Assembly (NCBI GenBank): GCA_947454715.1 | Contig: CANGMZ010000002.1 | Span: forward strand, 676-64,675 | Length of the DNA stretch: 64,000 nucleotides | Origin: Chitinophagaceae bacterium | Lineage (GTDB): Bacteria; Bacteroidota; Bacteroidia; Chitinophagales; Chitinophagaceae | Reading direction: 5' to 3' | Part shown: one piece after another, positions 8,267 through 16,826 of the stretch | Layout: every line of letters starts with the position of its first letter | How positions within the stretch are numbered: the first letter of the stretch is position 1 | The notes under the pieces: generated by a model | The model's database searches: none | What the model saw: only the letters and a program-made list of their open reading frames with translations | What the model was told of the DNA's origin: nothing | Position numbers and translations under genes: made by a program

Positions 8267-8558
8267 AAACCAACTTGCGATTTTGACTAATTGCCTGTTT
8301 GAAATATGGATTTTTTATTGCTTTTTCTTCGAGAAGGTCAACAGATCTATGAAAAATATCTTGTAATGAGAATTTAAGATCAAAGTAGTTGTCTGCATAA
8401 TTTGCAACATCAATAGGGTCGAAATCTACTATCAAATCTACGTCGCTGTTATTATTGAATTTTTCAGTTAAAACAGAACCAAAAGCATACAGGCTCCTCA
8501 CTTTGTGACGAACACAAAGCAGGTAAATATCACTGGTATATTGGTCAAAAATTGACAT
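8256..8558 (-). CDS. Minimal nucleotidyltransferase (MNT/MntA-type antitoxin)
   Basis: 100 aa, LYAFGSVL..SDVDLIVDF (GS..DxD), RSVDLLE; directly upstream of the DUF86 fragment. Confidence 0.92.
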   Translation of the reverse strand: MSIFDQYTSDIYLLCVRHKVRSLYAFGSVLTEKFNNNSDVDLIVDFDPIDVANYADNYFDLKFSLQDIFHRSVDLLEEKAIKNPYFKQAISQNRKLVYGH

Positions 8559-8637
8559 ATTCTCTTTTTACGAAGTTAAGAAATTCCGGCAATGATTTAT
8601 ATCTTCAATTGGGGTTTTGAATTTGTGTTTCATACAA

Positions 8638-8663
8638 ATGTGGCTTTCGCTCTTTTTTTGTTT
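8638..8663 (+). repeat. 26-bp direct repeat copy 2
   Basis: Exact match to 8129-8154; flanks on both sides are unrelated. Confidence 0.95.
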
Positions 8664-8717
8664 GAATTTGTAAAAAGTATTCAGTCTATGCGAAGAAATA
8701 TTGAAATTGAGTTGATG

Positions 8718-9176
8718 TTATTTTGCTCTAATGTTCTCTATATCGTCTAAATCTTTATGACGACCCGCTGCCTTCTTAGCTTTAATCAGGTCGCGAAACT
8801 CAATTACTTTAACATTTGTATTGTCCCAAACCGCATCAATGGCCTGATGAAATGCCTCCTCGAAGATAAGCCCTTTAACATTGGTTAGAATATCTATGGA
8901 AACTGGAGGGTTGCCGTACGAAAAAACATCCATGTTCTCATTATATAGAAAATTATCTTTGGTCATGTCAAAAACGGGCATGCCAAACATGTGAAAAGCG
9001 CGAATGATTTTAATATAATTTTCTTCTGATTTTCTTACCCAGAGATCGATATCGCCTGTTGTTCTGGAAGATCCATAATGAATTACAGCATATCCTCCAA
9101 CTACGATATAATCAACGCATTCTATGTTGAATGCATTAATAAAGTCTTGAAAATCGAGATTTAATACTACGCTCAT
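8718..9176 (-). CDS. Nucleotidyltransferase, DUF6036-like (Pol-beta superfamily)
   Basis: YIVVGGYAVIHYGSSRTTGDIDLWV (GG..DxD) and C-terminal DLIKAKKAAGRHKDLDDI. Confidence 0.85.
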   Translation of the reverse strand: MSVVLNLDFQDFINAFNIECVDYIVVGGYAVIHYGSSRTTGDIDLWVRKSEENYIKIIRAFHMFGMPVFDMTKDNFLYNENMDVFSYGNPPVSIDILTNVKGLIFEEAFHQAIDAVWDNTNVKVIEFRDLIKAKKAAGRHKDLDDIENIRAK

Positions 9177-9379
9177 CTGAACTTATGTTTCCTTGTCCTA
9201 AAAATAGTTCTGTCAAGACGAGGGGGATTATTAATGTCAAAGTTGTAAGCGACACTATTAAGGTACATGGAACCAATTAACCGTTCATCTACTGTTTTAG
9301 ATTTCCAGTATGTAGATTGATTAGCAGCTTCATCGTGGGATTGACCTTTTCCTACAGTTCTGTCGAGTCTAAACATCAT
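9173..9379 (-). CDS. Small protein coupled to the nucleotidyltransferase (putative TA partner)
   Basis: ATGA overlap with the NTase start; RLDRT occurs near both ends. A TAACTTTG box at 9382-9389 argues for a start at 9379 or 9376 rather than 9415. Confidence 0.75.
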   Translation of the reverse strand: MMFRLDRTVGKGQSHDEAANQSTYWKSKTVDERLIGSMYLNSVAYNFDINNPPRLDRTIFRTRKHKFR

Positions 9380-9442
9380 TTCAAAGTTAGGGTTAAAATT
9401 ATTGAAACTCAGCAATCTTCATCAAATCTTGTATAAAGTTCG

Positions 9443-9468
9443 AATTGGCTTTAGTTAATTTTTTGTTG
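9443..9468 (+). repeat. Possible degenerate third copy of the 26-bp repeat
   Basis: AATTGGCTTTAGTTAATTTTTTGTTG matches 19 of 26 positions ungapped. It is T-rich, so chance is not excluded. Confidence 0.4.
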
Positions 9469-9523
9469 CTAATAAGGGTATCTATTTGACATATTCGCTG
9501 ATTTAAATCAAACTTGTATTCGT

Positions 9524-10252
9524 CTATTCTTCGCCCATAAGATCTCTTATAACTACTGATGCGAGTACAGCGCCAAATGTAGCCGGCAGGTATGACATAG
9601 TGCCATAAGCTGATTTTTTAAAGTTGGAGCCATCCGTGAGCATTAGTGATTCTTTTACCGGTTCTTCCGGTGAGAAAACAACTTTGATGCCTTTATAAAT
9701 ACCTGCGCCTTTCAGGTTTTTTCTTATTTGTTGTGCAAATGGGCACATGTAGGTTTTAGAGATGTCTGTAACTTTTAGTTGTGTTGGGTCCATTTTAGCT
9801 CCCGCCCCCATAGAACTTACTAATCTCATGCCTCGTGAATAAGCGGCTTTGATAAAGGTTATTTTAGGGGTAATACTGTCTATAGCATCTACTACATAAT
9901 CTAATTTGTCGTGGAGCAATGCGCCTACCATTTCCGGTTGTATAAACTCTTTGATGATGTGCAGCTTCAATTCCGGGTTGATGTCCATAAGTCGCGCGCC
10001 CATGATGTCCGCCTTGCTTTGTCCGTGGTTAGATGACAGTGCCGGTAATTGTCTGTTACGGTTGGTAGGGTCAACTACATCACCATCAACTATTGTCATT
10101 TCGCCGATGCCGGATCTGCAAAGGAATTCTGCTACAAATGAGCCAACGCCTCCCATGCCTACCACGAGCACATGTGCATCATTGAGTTTATTGAGGTTGT
10201 CTTTACCTATTAATAGCTCAGTGCGGGAAAGCCATTTAGTATCTGTCATCAT
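9524..10252 (-). CDS. tcdA: tRNA threonylcarbamoyladenosine dehydratase (ThiF family)
   Basis: VVGMGGVGS, VDGDVVDPTNRNRQ, VVDAIDSITPK, SSMGAGAKMDP. Confidence 0.9.
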   Translation of the reverse strand: MMTDTKWLSRTELLIGKDNLNKLNDAHVLVVGMGGVGSFVAEFLCRSGIGEMTIVDGDVVDPTNRNRQLPALSSNHGQSKADIMGARLMDINPELKLHIIKEFIQPEMVGALLHDKLDYVVDAIDSITPKITFIKAAYSRGMRLVSSMGAGAKMDPTQLKVTDISKTYMCPFAQQIRKNLKGAGIYKGIKVVFSPEEPVKESLMLTDGSNFKKSAYGTMSYLPATFGAVLASVVIRDLMGEE

Positions 10253-10895
10253 TTTTAAAAACGTCTTTGAAATTTTCGTGGATTTGCAAAATAAGGGAAT
10301 CTACGGTAGTATTCCTTATTTGTGCTGCTTTGTGGTATATGTCTGTAATGGAGACTTCGCTATCATCTGTTTCTAAAAAAATACGATTGGCGGGCATTTC
10401 TTTTAATGTATTTACTGCAGGGCTATTTTCATGTAGTAAAGCAGCACCAAAAGAGAGGTAACAGCCGTTGAAAAGGATTTTTTCAGCAATGCTCACTTTT
10501 TTATTGTAGCCATGAAAGATGACCGGAACAGTAGATTTGTGTGTTTTAAGCAACTGTAGTATTTCTTCATGCGACTGAACACAATGAATAATCAGTGGTT
10601 TTTGCAATGTGTTGGCGAGGTGAATATGTTTAATGAATACGGCAGTTTGCAGGTCGAAGGGTGTTTGGGTAAGTTTATCCAGCCCACATTCGCCAATTGC
10701 ACGTATTTCTTTTCGGGTAGCTATTTGAGTTAGTATCGAAAACTGCGATTCGTGGTCGTTAAGGTGCCAGGGATGCAAACCTGCACTGTAGTTTTTCTCG
10801 CTTGTTACTTGTTCAAAGGCAGCATATATGTTGTGTATAGACAAGCAGTTGGGCTCATCGTTTTTATGTGTGTGGATGTTGTAATATATTGTCAT
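10236..10895 (-). CDS. TatD-family hydrolase
   Basis: NIHTH, AIGECGLD, LIIHCV, IFHG, FLETDD; overlaps tcdA, a pairing I recognise from Bacteroidota. Confidence 0.9.
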   Translation of the reverse strand: MTIYYNIHTHKNDEPNCLSIHNIYAAFEQVTSEKNYSAGLHPWHLNDHESQFSILTQIATRKEIRAIGECGLDKLTQTPFDLQTAVFIKHIHLANTLQKPLIIHCVQSHEEILQLLKTHKSTVPVIFHGYNKKVSIAEKILFNGCYLSFGAALLHENSPAVNTLKEMPANRIFLETDDSEVSITDIYHKAAQIRNTTVDSLILQIHENFKDVFKNDDRY

Positions 10896-11000
10896 TGAGG
10901 GTATAAAGTTACTTAATCCTTATTTGAGTAATTGGTTGTTGGTTTGTGTTATTTATGGCTTAGTTTACATTTTTATTACTAAGTAATTGGTGCTCAGCCG

Positions 11001-11008
11001 TACCTTTG
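11001..11008 (+). promoter_or_regulatory. -7 promoter box TACCTTTG
   Basis: Consensus match; supports the ATG at 11029 as the true start. Confidence 0.65.
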
Positions 11009-11028
11009 CATTCATACCGAAAATACAC

Positions 11029-12129
11029 ATGGCTACATACAGTAACATGCGCGCTATGCGTGCATTGATAAAGGCAAGCCTGCAGGCGATGTTAAAAAGC
11101 CCTTCAGCGATTATTTTTACTATTGCATTTCCGTTAACGCTGATCATAGTTTTTGGTTTCCTTGGTGGTGGTACAGGGTTTTCCTTGAAGGTAGCAAACG
11201 CTCCGGGCAGTGATACTACGAGTCCGTTATACAATATACTGCGTAGTGTGCCTGCATTGAAATGGGTGGATACTCATGATTCCGGAGGGGTTAATAAATT
11301 GTTGCAGCAAGGTGATATTGTGGCGACCATCAATGTTAAGAAACAACCGGAAGGTGCTAAACCTGCATATACAATTGTGCTCAATGAATCATCGAGCGAA
11401 CTGAACAAAGCCAAGCAACTGGAAGGATTGCTGGCAACTGTTATTCAGCAGCAAGATCCGGAAATACGCAAGCGACTCGATGATATGGTGGCTATTAAAA
11501 GTCAGGTGGCTGTAGTAAGAGAGTACAAACAAATAGATTTTATATTGCCGGGTCAATTGAGTTTTTCGCTATTGGCGTCGGGTGTTTTTGGTACTGCATT
11601 TGTATTCTTCAATCTCCGCCAGACATTGGTGCTAAAGCGTTTCTTCGCTACGCCGGTGCGTAGAGAAATTATAGTTATCAGTGAGGGTATTGCTCGTGTG
11701 TTGTTTCAGATAATGGGTTCTATTATTATTATCTCCATCGGTCATATTGCATTCGGATTTACCTTGGCTAACGGTGTATTTACCTTTATCAATATGTTGG
11801 TGATGTGTGCGCTCGGTCTGCTTGTGTTTATGGGTTTCGGTTTTATAGTGAGTGCAGTAGCTAAGAGCGAATCTACTATACCTCCTTTTTCTAATCTGGT
11901 GACATTGCCACAGTTTTTACTGGCGGGAACTTTCTTTTCTATCGATAATTTCCCTGTTTGGTTGCGCCCTTTCTGTAAAGCACTACCACTTACTTACCTG
12001 AATGAAGCCCTTAGGAAGATTTCTTTTGATGGTGCTAACTTATGGGATGTCCGTTTTGATATTATGGTGCTTTCTATCTGGGGAATTGTTATCTATATAG
12101 TTGCAGGTAGAATATTTAAGTGGGAGTAG
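11029..12129 (+). CDS. ABC-2 type transporter permease
   Basis: IIFTIAFPL, YKQIDFILPG, LKRFFATPV, LAGTFFSIDNFPVWL..LPLTYL. No ATPase gene adjacent. Confidence 0.9.
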   Translation: MATYSNMRAMRALIKASLQAMLKSPSAIIFTIAFPLTLIIVFGFLGGGTGFSLKVANAPGSDTTSPLYNILRSVPALKWVDTHDSGGVNKLLQQGDIVATINVKKQPEGAKPAYTIVLNESSSELNKAKQLEGLLATVIQQQDPEIRKRLDDMVAIKSQVAVVREYKQIDFILPGQLSFSLLASGVFGTAFVFFNLRQTLVLKRFFATPVRREIIVISEGIARVLFQIMGSIIIISIGHIAFGFTLANGVFTFINMLVMCALGLLVFMGFGFIVSAVAKSESTIPPFSNLVTLPQFLLAGTFFSIDNFPVWLRPFCKALPLTYLNEALRKISFDGANLWDVRFDIMVLSIWGIVIYIVAGRIFKWE

Positions 12130-12182
12130 GGGGAGTGCGGCTTTCTAATAATTTATCGAGATTACTGAAATAAATATTCTCC

Positions 12183-13169
12183 TTACCCGCCAATCGTTGC
12201 CATACTTTGGTGAATGCCGTTAAGGTGTGTTGTTCGTTCTGCTTCATGGCCGTCTTGGGCTTTTGTCCCAACGGCTGAAATGATTGCGCTAGCCAATTCC
12301 TGATCAGTTGCGCCAAGGCGCATAAGGTCTTTAATATTCATTCCTCCGCCTTCGTAAAGGCAGGTCTTTAAGGTGCCTTGGGGGGTAAGTCTTATTCTGT
12401 TGCAGGTGCCGCAGAATGAACGGGTATATGCTGCAATAATGCCTATGTCGCCCTTATGGCCGGGTATTTTATAGTTATAGGCTGTGGCGTATTTAGGGTC
12501 AGGAATTTTATAAATATCCGGATAGCTGTTTTTTATGGTCTGGAGTATCTGAACATGATCCCATTGAAGTGTGGTATAGTGACTTTCAGCACCATTGAAT
12601 GGCATTTCTTCAATAAAGCGAACCTGCACAGGCAGTTCTTTTGTTAATGCCACCAAGGTGGTGATATCTTGTATGTTTCTCCCCTCCATTACCACTGCAT
12701 TGATTTTTACTTCAATATTATGAGCCAGTAGTGCATGCATGGTGGCTAGTACGTTATTTAATTCATCGCGGTGGGTGATTGCCAGAAAACGATTGCGGTC
12801 CAATGTGTCCAGGCTTAGATTTACTGCGCGAATGCCCATTTTTTTCAGTTCGGGGACCAATGGGGTAGTGAGTACTCCATTGGTGGTAATGGTGAGTTGG
12901 TCCAGCCCGGGTAGTGCAGATAGTGCAGATAGAAAAGACATGATATCCTTTCTGACAAATGGTTCTCCTCCGGTTATTCTTATTTTATTAATGCCCATTC
13001 CGGTCATTACGCGGCAAATTCTGAGCATTTCTTCCCAACTCATGAGTTCGGTTCGTGCCAGCCAGTTGTTGCCTTCTTCGGGCATACAATAAAAGCAGCG
13101 CAGATTGCACCTGTCGGTAACAGCCAGTCTTAAGTAATTGATTTTTCTTCCGTGATTGTCAGTAAGCAC
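12183..13169 (-). CDS. moaA: GTP 3',8-cyclase MoaA
   Basis: LRLAVTDRCNLRCFYCMP (radical SAM CxxxCxxC), TGGEP, FCGTCNRIRLT..KTCL, C-terminal IGG. GTG start with TAACTTTG at 13175-13182. Confidence 0.96.
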   Translation of the reverse strand: MLTDNHGRKINYLRLAVTDRCNLRCFYCMPEEGNNWLARTELMSWEEMLRICRVMTGMGINKIRITGGEPFVRKDIMSFLSALSALPGLDQLTITTNGVLTTPLVPELKKMGIRAVNLSLDTLDRNRFLAITHRDELNNVLATMHALLAHNIEVKINAVVMEGRNIQDITTLVALTKELPVQVRFIEEMPFNGAESHYTTLQWDHVQILQTIKNSYPDIYKIPDPKYATAYNYKIPGHKGDIGIIAAYTRSFCGTCNRIRLTPQGTLKTCLYEGGGMNIKDLMRLGATDQELASAIISAVGTKAQDGHEAERTTHLNGIHQSMATIGG

Positions 13170-13262
13170 TTTTTCAAAGTTAGGGGAATAGGCTAATAAT
13201 ATGGCAATGTGTCATGGTTTGTCAGTTGGGTAATTCTTTTTTTAGATACTCTATGATGGTAT

Positions 13263-13952
13263 ATGCTTGAAATTGGTAGGGATAGAAATAGTTGCTATTT
13301 TCATGTTATGTATGTGGTGTTGAGATATATGGTGTTTTTATTGCTGACGGTCTCGTTGTCTGCCCGGGGGCAATGCCCTTCATATAAGTATCAGCCGGAG
13401 TTTATGGTGAGTTATGGTATGTTTACACCTAGCGAGCTTGCAGATAATTGGCGTCAGAATGGGAATGGAGATCAGAGAAGTATCCGATATGAGGCAACTA
13501 CTACCGGTGCTGATTTTTTTACAGCAAGGTTTTTCTTATATAGTTGTTTGTCAATAGGGCTTAGTGGTGGATATGTAAGTGAACAAGGAGCTGTTAAAGA
13601 CAGATACGGTACCGGGCAAGTAGCAACTGCTACATATAACAGAAAGAGTGTTACTGTAGCGGTAGAGTTAAATTACATATACAAAATCAAGAAGTATCTG
13701 GATGTTTATACATTTATAGGAACTGGTCCTGCCTTTGTAACGCTCACAAATACATCTGTAAGTTCTGTAATCAGTCCCGGTGGGAAAGTTACAGAAAGCA
13801 GGAGTGATGGATTTGTTTTTCATTATTCACCGGTTGGGGTCAGAGTAGGCGGGCGAATAGGTGGTTTTGCGGAGTTGGGCTATGGTTACAAGGGGCTACT
13901 TAGCGGAGGACTTTCTGTGCGATTAGGCAGGCGTTGGTGCAAGATGAAATAG
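13263..13952 (+). CDS. Hypothetical outer-membrane beta-barrel protein
   Basis: Signal-like N-terminus (true start probably 13308 or later), alternating beta-strand pattern, C-terminal GGFAELGYGYKGLLSGGLSVR. Confidence 0.7.
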   Translation: MLEIGRDRNSCYFHVMYVVLRYMVFLLLTVSLSARGQCPSYKYQPEFMVSYGMFTPSELADNWRQNGNGDQRSIRYEATTTGADFFTARFFLYSCLSIGLSGGYVSEQGAVKDRYGTGQVATATYNRKSVTVAVELNYIYKIKKYLDVYTFIGTGPAFVTLTNTSVSSVISPGGKVTESRSDGFVFHYSPVGVRVGGRIGGFAELGYGYKGLLSGGLSVRLGRRWCKMK

Positions 13953-14056
13953 CTGCTATTTATTAGTATTTTAGGTATGCAACGTTGCTATTGTAATATT
14001 CAATTATTTTTTTCGACCGAAACAAATTATTTTCGGGTCCAAATTCACCTTAAAGG

Positions 14057-15373
14057 ATGCATTTAATACAGCAAATATTATTCATACTTCTGGCTGCAGC
14101 AGCCGTATTCTTTTTTGTTAAGAAGGCAAAAGAGATATCCCGCAATATTAATTTGGGTAGAGCCGAAGACCTTTCAGATAATAAAGATCAGCGTTGGAAA
14201 AACATGGTATTGCTGGCTCTGGGGCAGAAAAAAATGTTCAAGAGGCCAGTTCCTGCATTTTTACACCTAGCTGTGTATGCCGGCTTTATTATCATTAATG
14301 TGGAAATACTGGAGATAATACTTGATGGTATTTTTGGTACACACAGATTGTTTCTGCCATTCTTGGGTGGTTTTTATTCGTTCTTAATAGGTTTCTTTGA
14401 GGTGCTTGCTGCGCTTGTGCTTATAGGTTGTGTGGTATTTCTGGCACGTAGAAATGTCATGAAACTGCGTCGTTTGAACATGAAGGAGTTGAATGGCTGG
14501 CCTAAGAATGATGCTAACCTTATCCTTATTACAGAGATAGTGCTGATGAGTATGTTGCTGACCATGAACAGTGCTGACCTTGTATTGCAAACACGTGGCT
14601 TAGAACATTATCATGCCACTGCACCATTTCTAGTCTCTTCACACCTTACCGGTTTGGTTGCTGGTATGTCTACAGATGGGTTGGTAGCATTGGAGCGTAG
14701 TTGCTGGTGGTTGCATATCATTGGTATTTTCGCATTCTTAAACTATCTGCCTTATTCTAAACATCTGCATATTGTTTTGGCATTTCCTAATGCCTATTTT
14801 TCTAAACTTGTTCCACAAGGAGCAATGAAGAATATGAAGGAAATACAGAACGAGGTATTGTATATGATGGAGCCTGATAAGGCCCCTGCGGCGGGTGCGC
14901 CAACAGAGCCAGTGCGTTTCGGTGCAAAAGATGTCACTGACCTTAGCTGGAAAAACCTGTTAGATGCGTATTCTTGTACTGAGTGCGGCCGTTGCACAGA
15001 TTCATGCCCTGCAAACAGAACAGGCAAGGTGTTGTCTCCACGTAAAATAATGATGGATACCCGCGACCGTGCGGAAGAAATAGGCAAGAATATTAATGCT
15101 AATGGTTCGTTTAAGGATGATGGTAAGACATTGCTCAATGACTATATTTCAATAGAAGAATTACGCGCTTGTACTACCTGCCAAGCATGTGTTGAGGCTT
15201 GCCCTGTAATGATAGATCCATTGTCAATAATTATGCAACTTCGCCGTAACCTTGTTATGGAAGAAAGTAATGCACCACAAGAGTGGAACATGATGTTTGG
15301 TAATATCGAGAACAACATGGCACCATGGAAATTTAGCCCTGATGACAGGGATGCATGGGTTCATGAAGCCTAG
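14057..15373 (+). CDS. Membrane Fe-S oxidoreductase subunit (TM domain plus 2x[4Fe-4S])
   Basis: Several TM helices, then CTECGRCTDSCP and CTTCQACVEACP ferredoxin motifs. Confidence 0.9.
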   Translation: MHLIQQILFILLAAAAVFFFVKKAKEISRNINLGRAEDLSDNKDQRWKNMVLLALGQKKMFKRPVPAFLHLAVYAGFIIINVEILEIILDGIFGTHRLFLPFLGGFYSFLIGFFEVLAALVLIGCVVFLARRNVMKLRRLNMKELNGWPKNDANLILITEIVLMSMLLTMNSADLVLQTRGLEHYHATAPFLVSSHLTGLVAGMSTDGLVALERSCWWLHIIGIFAFLNYLPYSKHLHIVLAFPNAYFSKLVPQGAMKNMKEIQNEVLYMMEPDKAPAAGAPTEPVRFGAKDVTDLSWKNLLDAYSCTECGRCTDSCPANRTGKVLSPRKIMMDTRDRAEEIGKNINANGSFKDDGKTLLNDYISIEELRACTTCQACVEACPVMIDPLSIIMQLRRNLVMEESNAPQEWNMMFGNIENNMAPWKFSPDDRDAWVHEA

Positions 15374-16269
15374 TGCGTTGCTTTTGTTCCTGTAGTGTCT
15401 GTAAGCTGCTTAAAAGGGGCATTCCAGCCGTTATAAATGCCATTATGCACTTTGATATTGTTTCTGATCTCATCAGTAATGATGTTGATAGAGTCCTTCT
15501 TTATATAGCCATATTTGTGAAACAACATGCATAGCGGGTAGTCTGTATTTTTTACTGTATGGTCTTTATCTACTGTATAGCCGCTATTAGTAATGAATAT
15601 TGTGAACGCATTTCGTGATGAATCTGCGTTAAAGCAAGCTGCGAAGGTAATATTGCGAGGTTTTGTAAGGCTGTCTCCATTTTGCAACATCTGAGTAATT
15701 ACCTTGTTATTGTCCATCCAGTTTTGCGTTTCATTAGATGGGTAGAGAAAGGTACGGTACATGAGCCACTGAGGATCGTATTTAATGGTCAATGCAAACT
15801 TATAATCTTTAAAATTTCGGGTATACATGCGCATAATCGCATTTCTGATACCCATTGTATCTCTTACATAGTAGTAATTATTTCTTTGGCCATTATAGGT
15901 AAGTGTGCCTGCAAGTTTTTTTGCTGTTAATCCTGTGAGGAAATTTCCTGTAGCATCCAGAATGTCTTCGAGTGATGCTATTTCTTCCTTGACGGGTATG
16001 CCGTTTTTGTCGCTGTGCAAGGCTTTTGGACCGGTGATTACCAAATAGGGATATCGCACATCAGGTGCAGTTAATATTAATCCCATATCTACTAAAATAG
16101 ATGCCGGTCTGTCTCCGAACCGGGACATGTAAGTATCCCATAGTTCTGTTTGAGCAGAGGTATTAGTTGAATGCAGTGAGCAGGAAAGAAGGAATGCCAG
16201 CGTAGCTATGTGTAAGTATTTTCTGAAATGAGCCATGAGGCACAAACATAAATAACTATGCGTTGGCAC
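15370..16269 (-). CDS. DUF695-like exported protein
   Basis: Signal peptide (start may be 16236), WDTYMSRFGDRPASILVDMGL, DPQWLMYRTFLYP, C-terminal YNGW. Confidence 0.65.
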   Translation of the reverse strand: MPTHSYLCLCLMAHFRKYLHIATLAFLLSCSLHSTNTSAQTELWDTYMSRFGDRPASILVDMGLILTAPDVRYPYLVITGPKALHSDKNGIPVKEEIASLEDILDATGNFLTGLTAKKLAGTLTYNGQRNNYYYVRDTMGIRNAIMRMYTRNFKDYKFALTIKYDPQWLMYRTFLYPSNETQNWMDNNKVITQMLQNGDSLTKPRNITFAACFNADSSRNAFTIFITNSGYTVDKDHTVKNTDYPLCMLFHKYGYIKKDSINIITDEIRNNIKVHNGIYNGWNAPFKQLTDTTGTKATH

Positions 16270-16411
16270 ATATAATAATAAGTGTTAAAATTGATTCAGG
16301 TAGCTTTACAGATGGATATTGTATATGTTATATATAATGGAATTAAGTTTTTTTAGAAATAAGAAAATATTGTCTACAATTTAATAACTTTATCCCTTAA
16401 ATCAGCTAGAT

Positions 16412-16732
16412 ATGAAAAAAATCGTTTGCATGTTAATGGCAATTTTCATCCTTGGACAGGTGTCTTTTGCTCAGAACAAAATGGACCAGCCTAAGAAAGA
16501 AGGTCAGAAAACAGAAAAGAAAGCCGGAGATAAGAAGATGACTGGTGAGAAAAAAGAAGGCGACAAGAAGGGTGGCAAGTTGAAAAAAGATGGCACTCCT
16601 GATATGCGTTATAAGGAAAACAAAGAAGCTGGAAAGCACGGCGGTCCTAAGAAAAAAGACGGTACACCTGATATGCGCCATAAAGCAAACAAGGATGCTG
16701 CAAAGAAAAACGACGAAGCAAAGAAGAAATAA
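16412..16732 (+). CDS. Exported Lys-rich low-complexity protein with two KKDGTPDMR repeats
   Basis: Signal peptide ending VSFAQ; 23-aa-period repeat KKDGTPDMR[YH]K.NK[ED]A; terminator follows. Confidence 0.8.
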   Translation: MKKIVCMLMAIFILGQVSFAQNKMDQPKKEGQKTEKKAGDKKMTGEKKEGDKKGGKLKKDGTPDMRYKENKEAGKHGGPKKKDGTPDMRHKANKDAAKKNDEAKKK

Positions 16733-16762
16733 TTACTTCGTTTATAACTAATTAAACACTAT

Positions 16763-16800
16763 AAAGCATAGCAGGTATATTTGTATGTCTGCTATGCTTT
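16763..16800 (+). terminator. Hairpin terminator whose loop contains TATATTTG
   Basis: AAAGCATAGCAG / CTGCTATGCTTT 12-bp stem. Confidence 0.6.
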
Positions 16801-16826
16801 CATCATTTTTTTTGCTAAAATATAAT

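Noticed and set aside
13170-13262. Moco riboswitch before moaA
   Set aside because: The -7 box lies 5 nt from the start codon, leaving no room for a leader.
14057-15373. Missing CCG-domain partner of the Fe-S protein as a novelty
   Set aside because: The partner may simply be encoded elsewhere; this window cannot show that. The same applies to the lone moaA, ccmC/D and ABC-2 permease.
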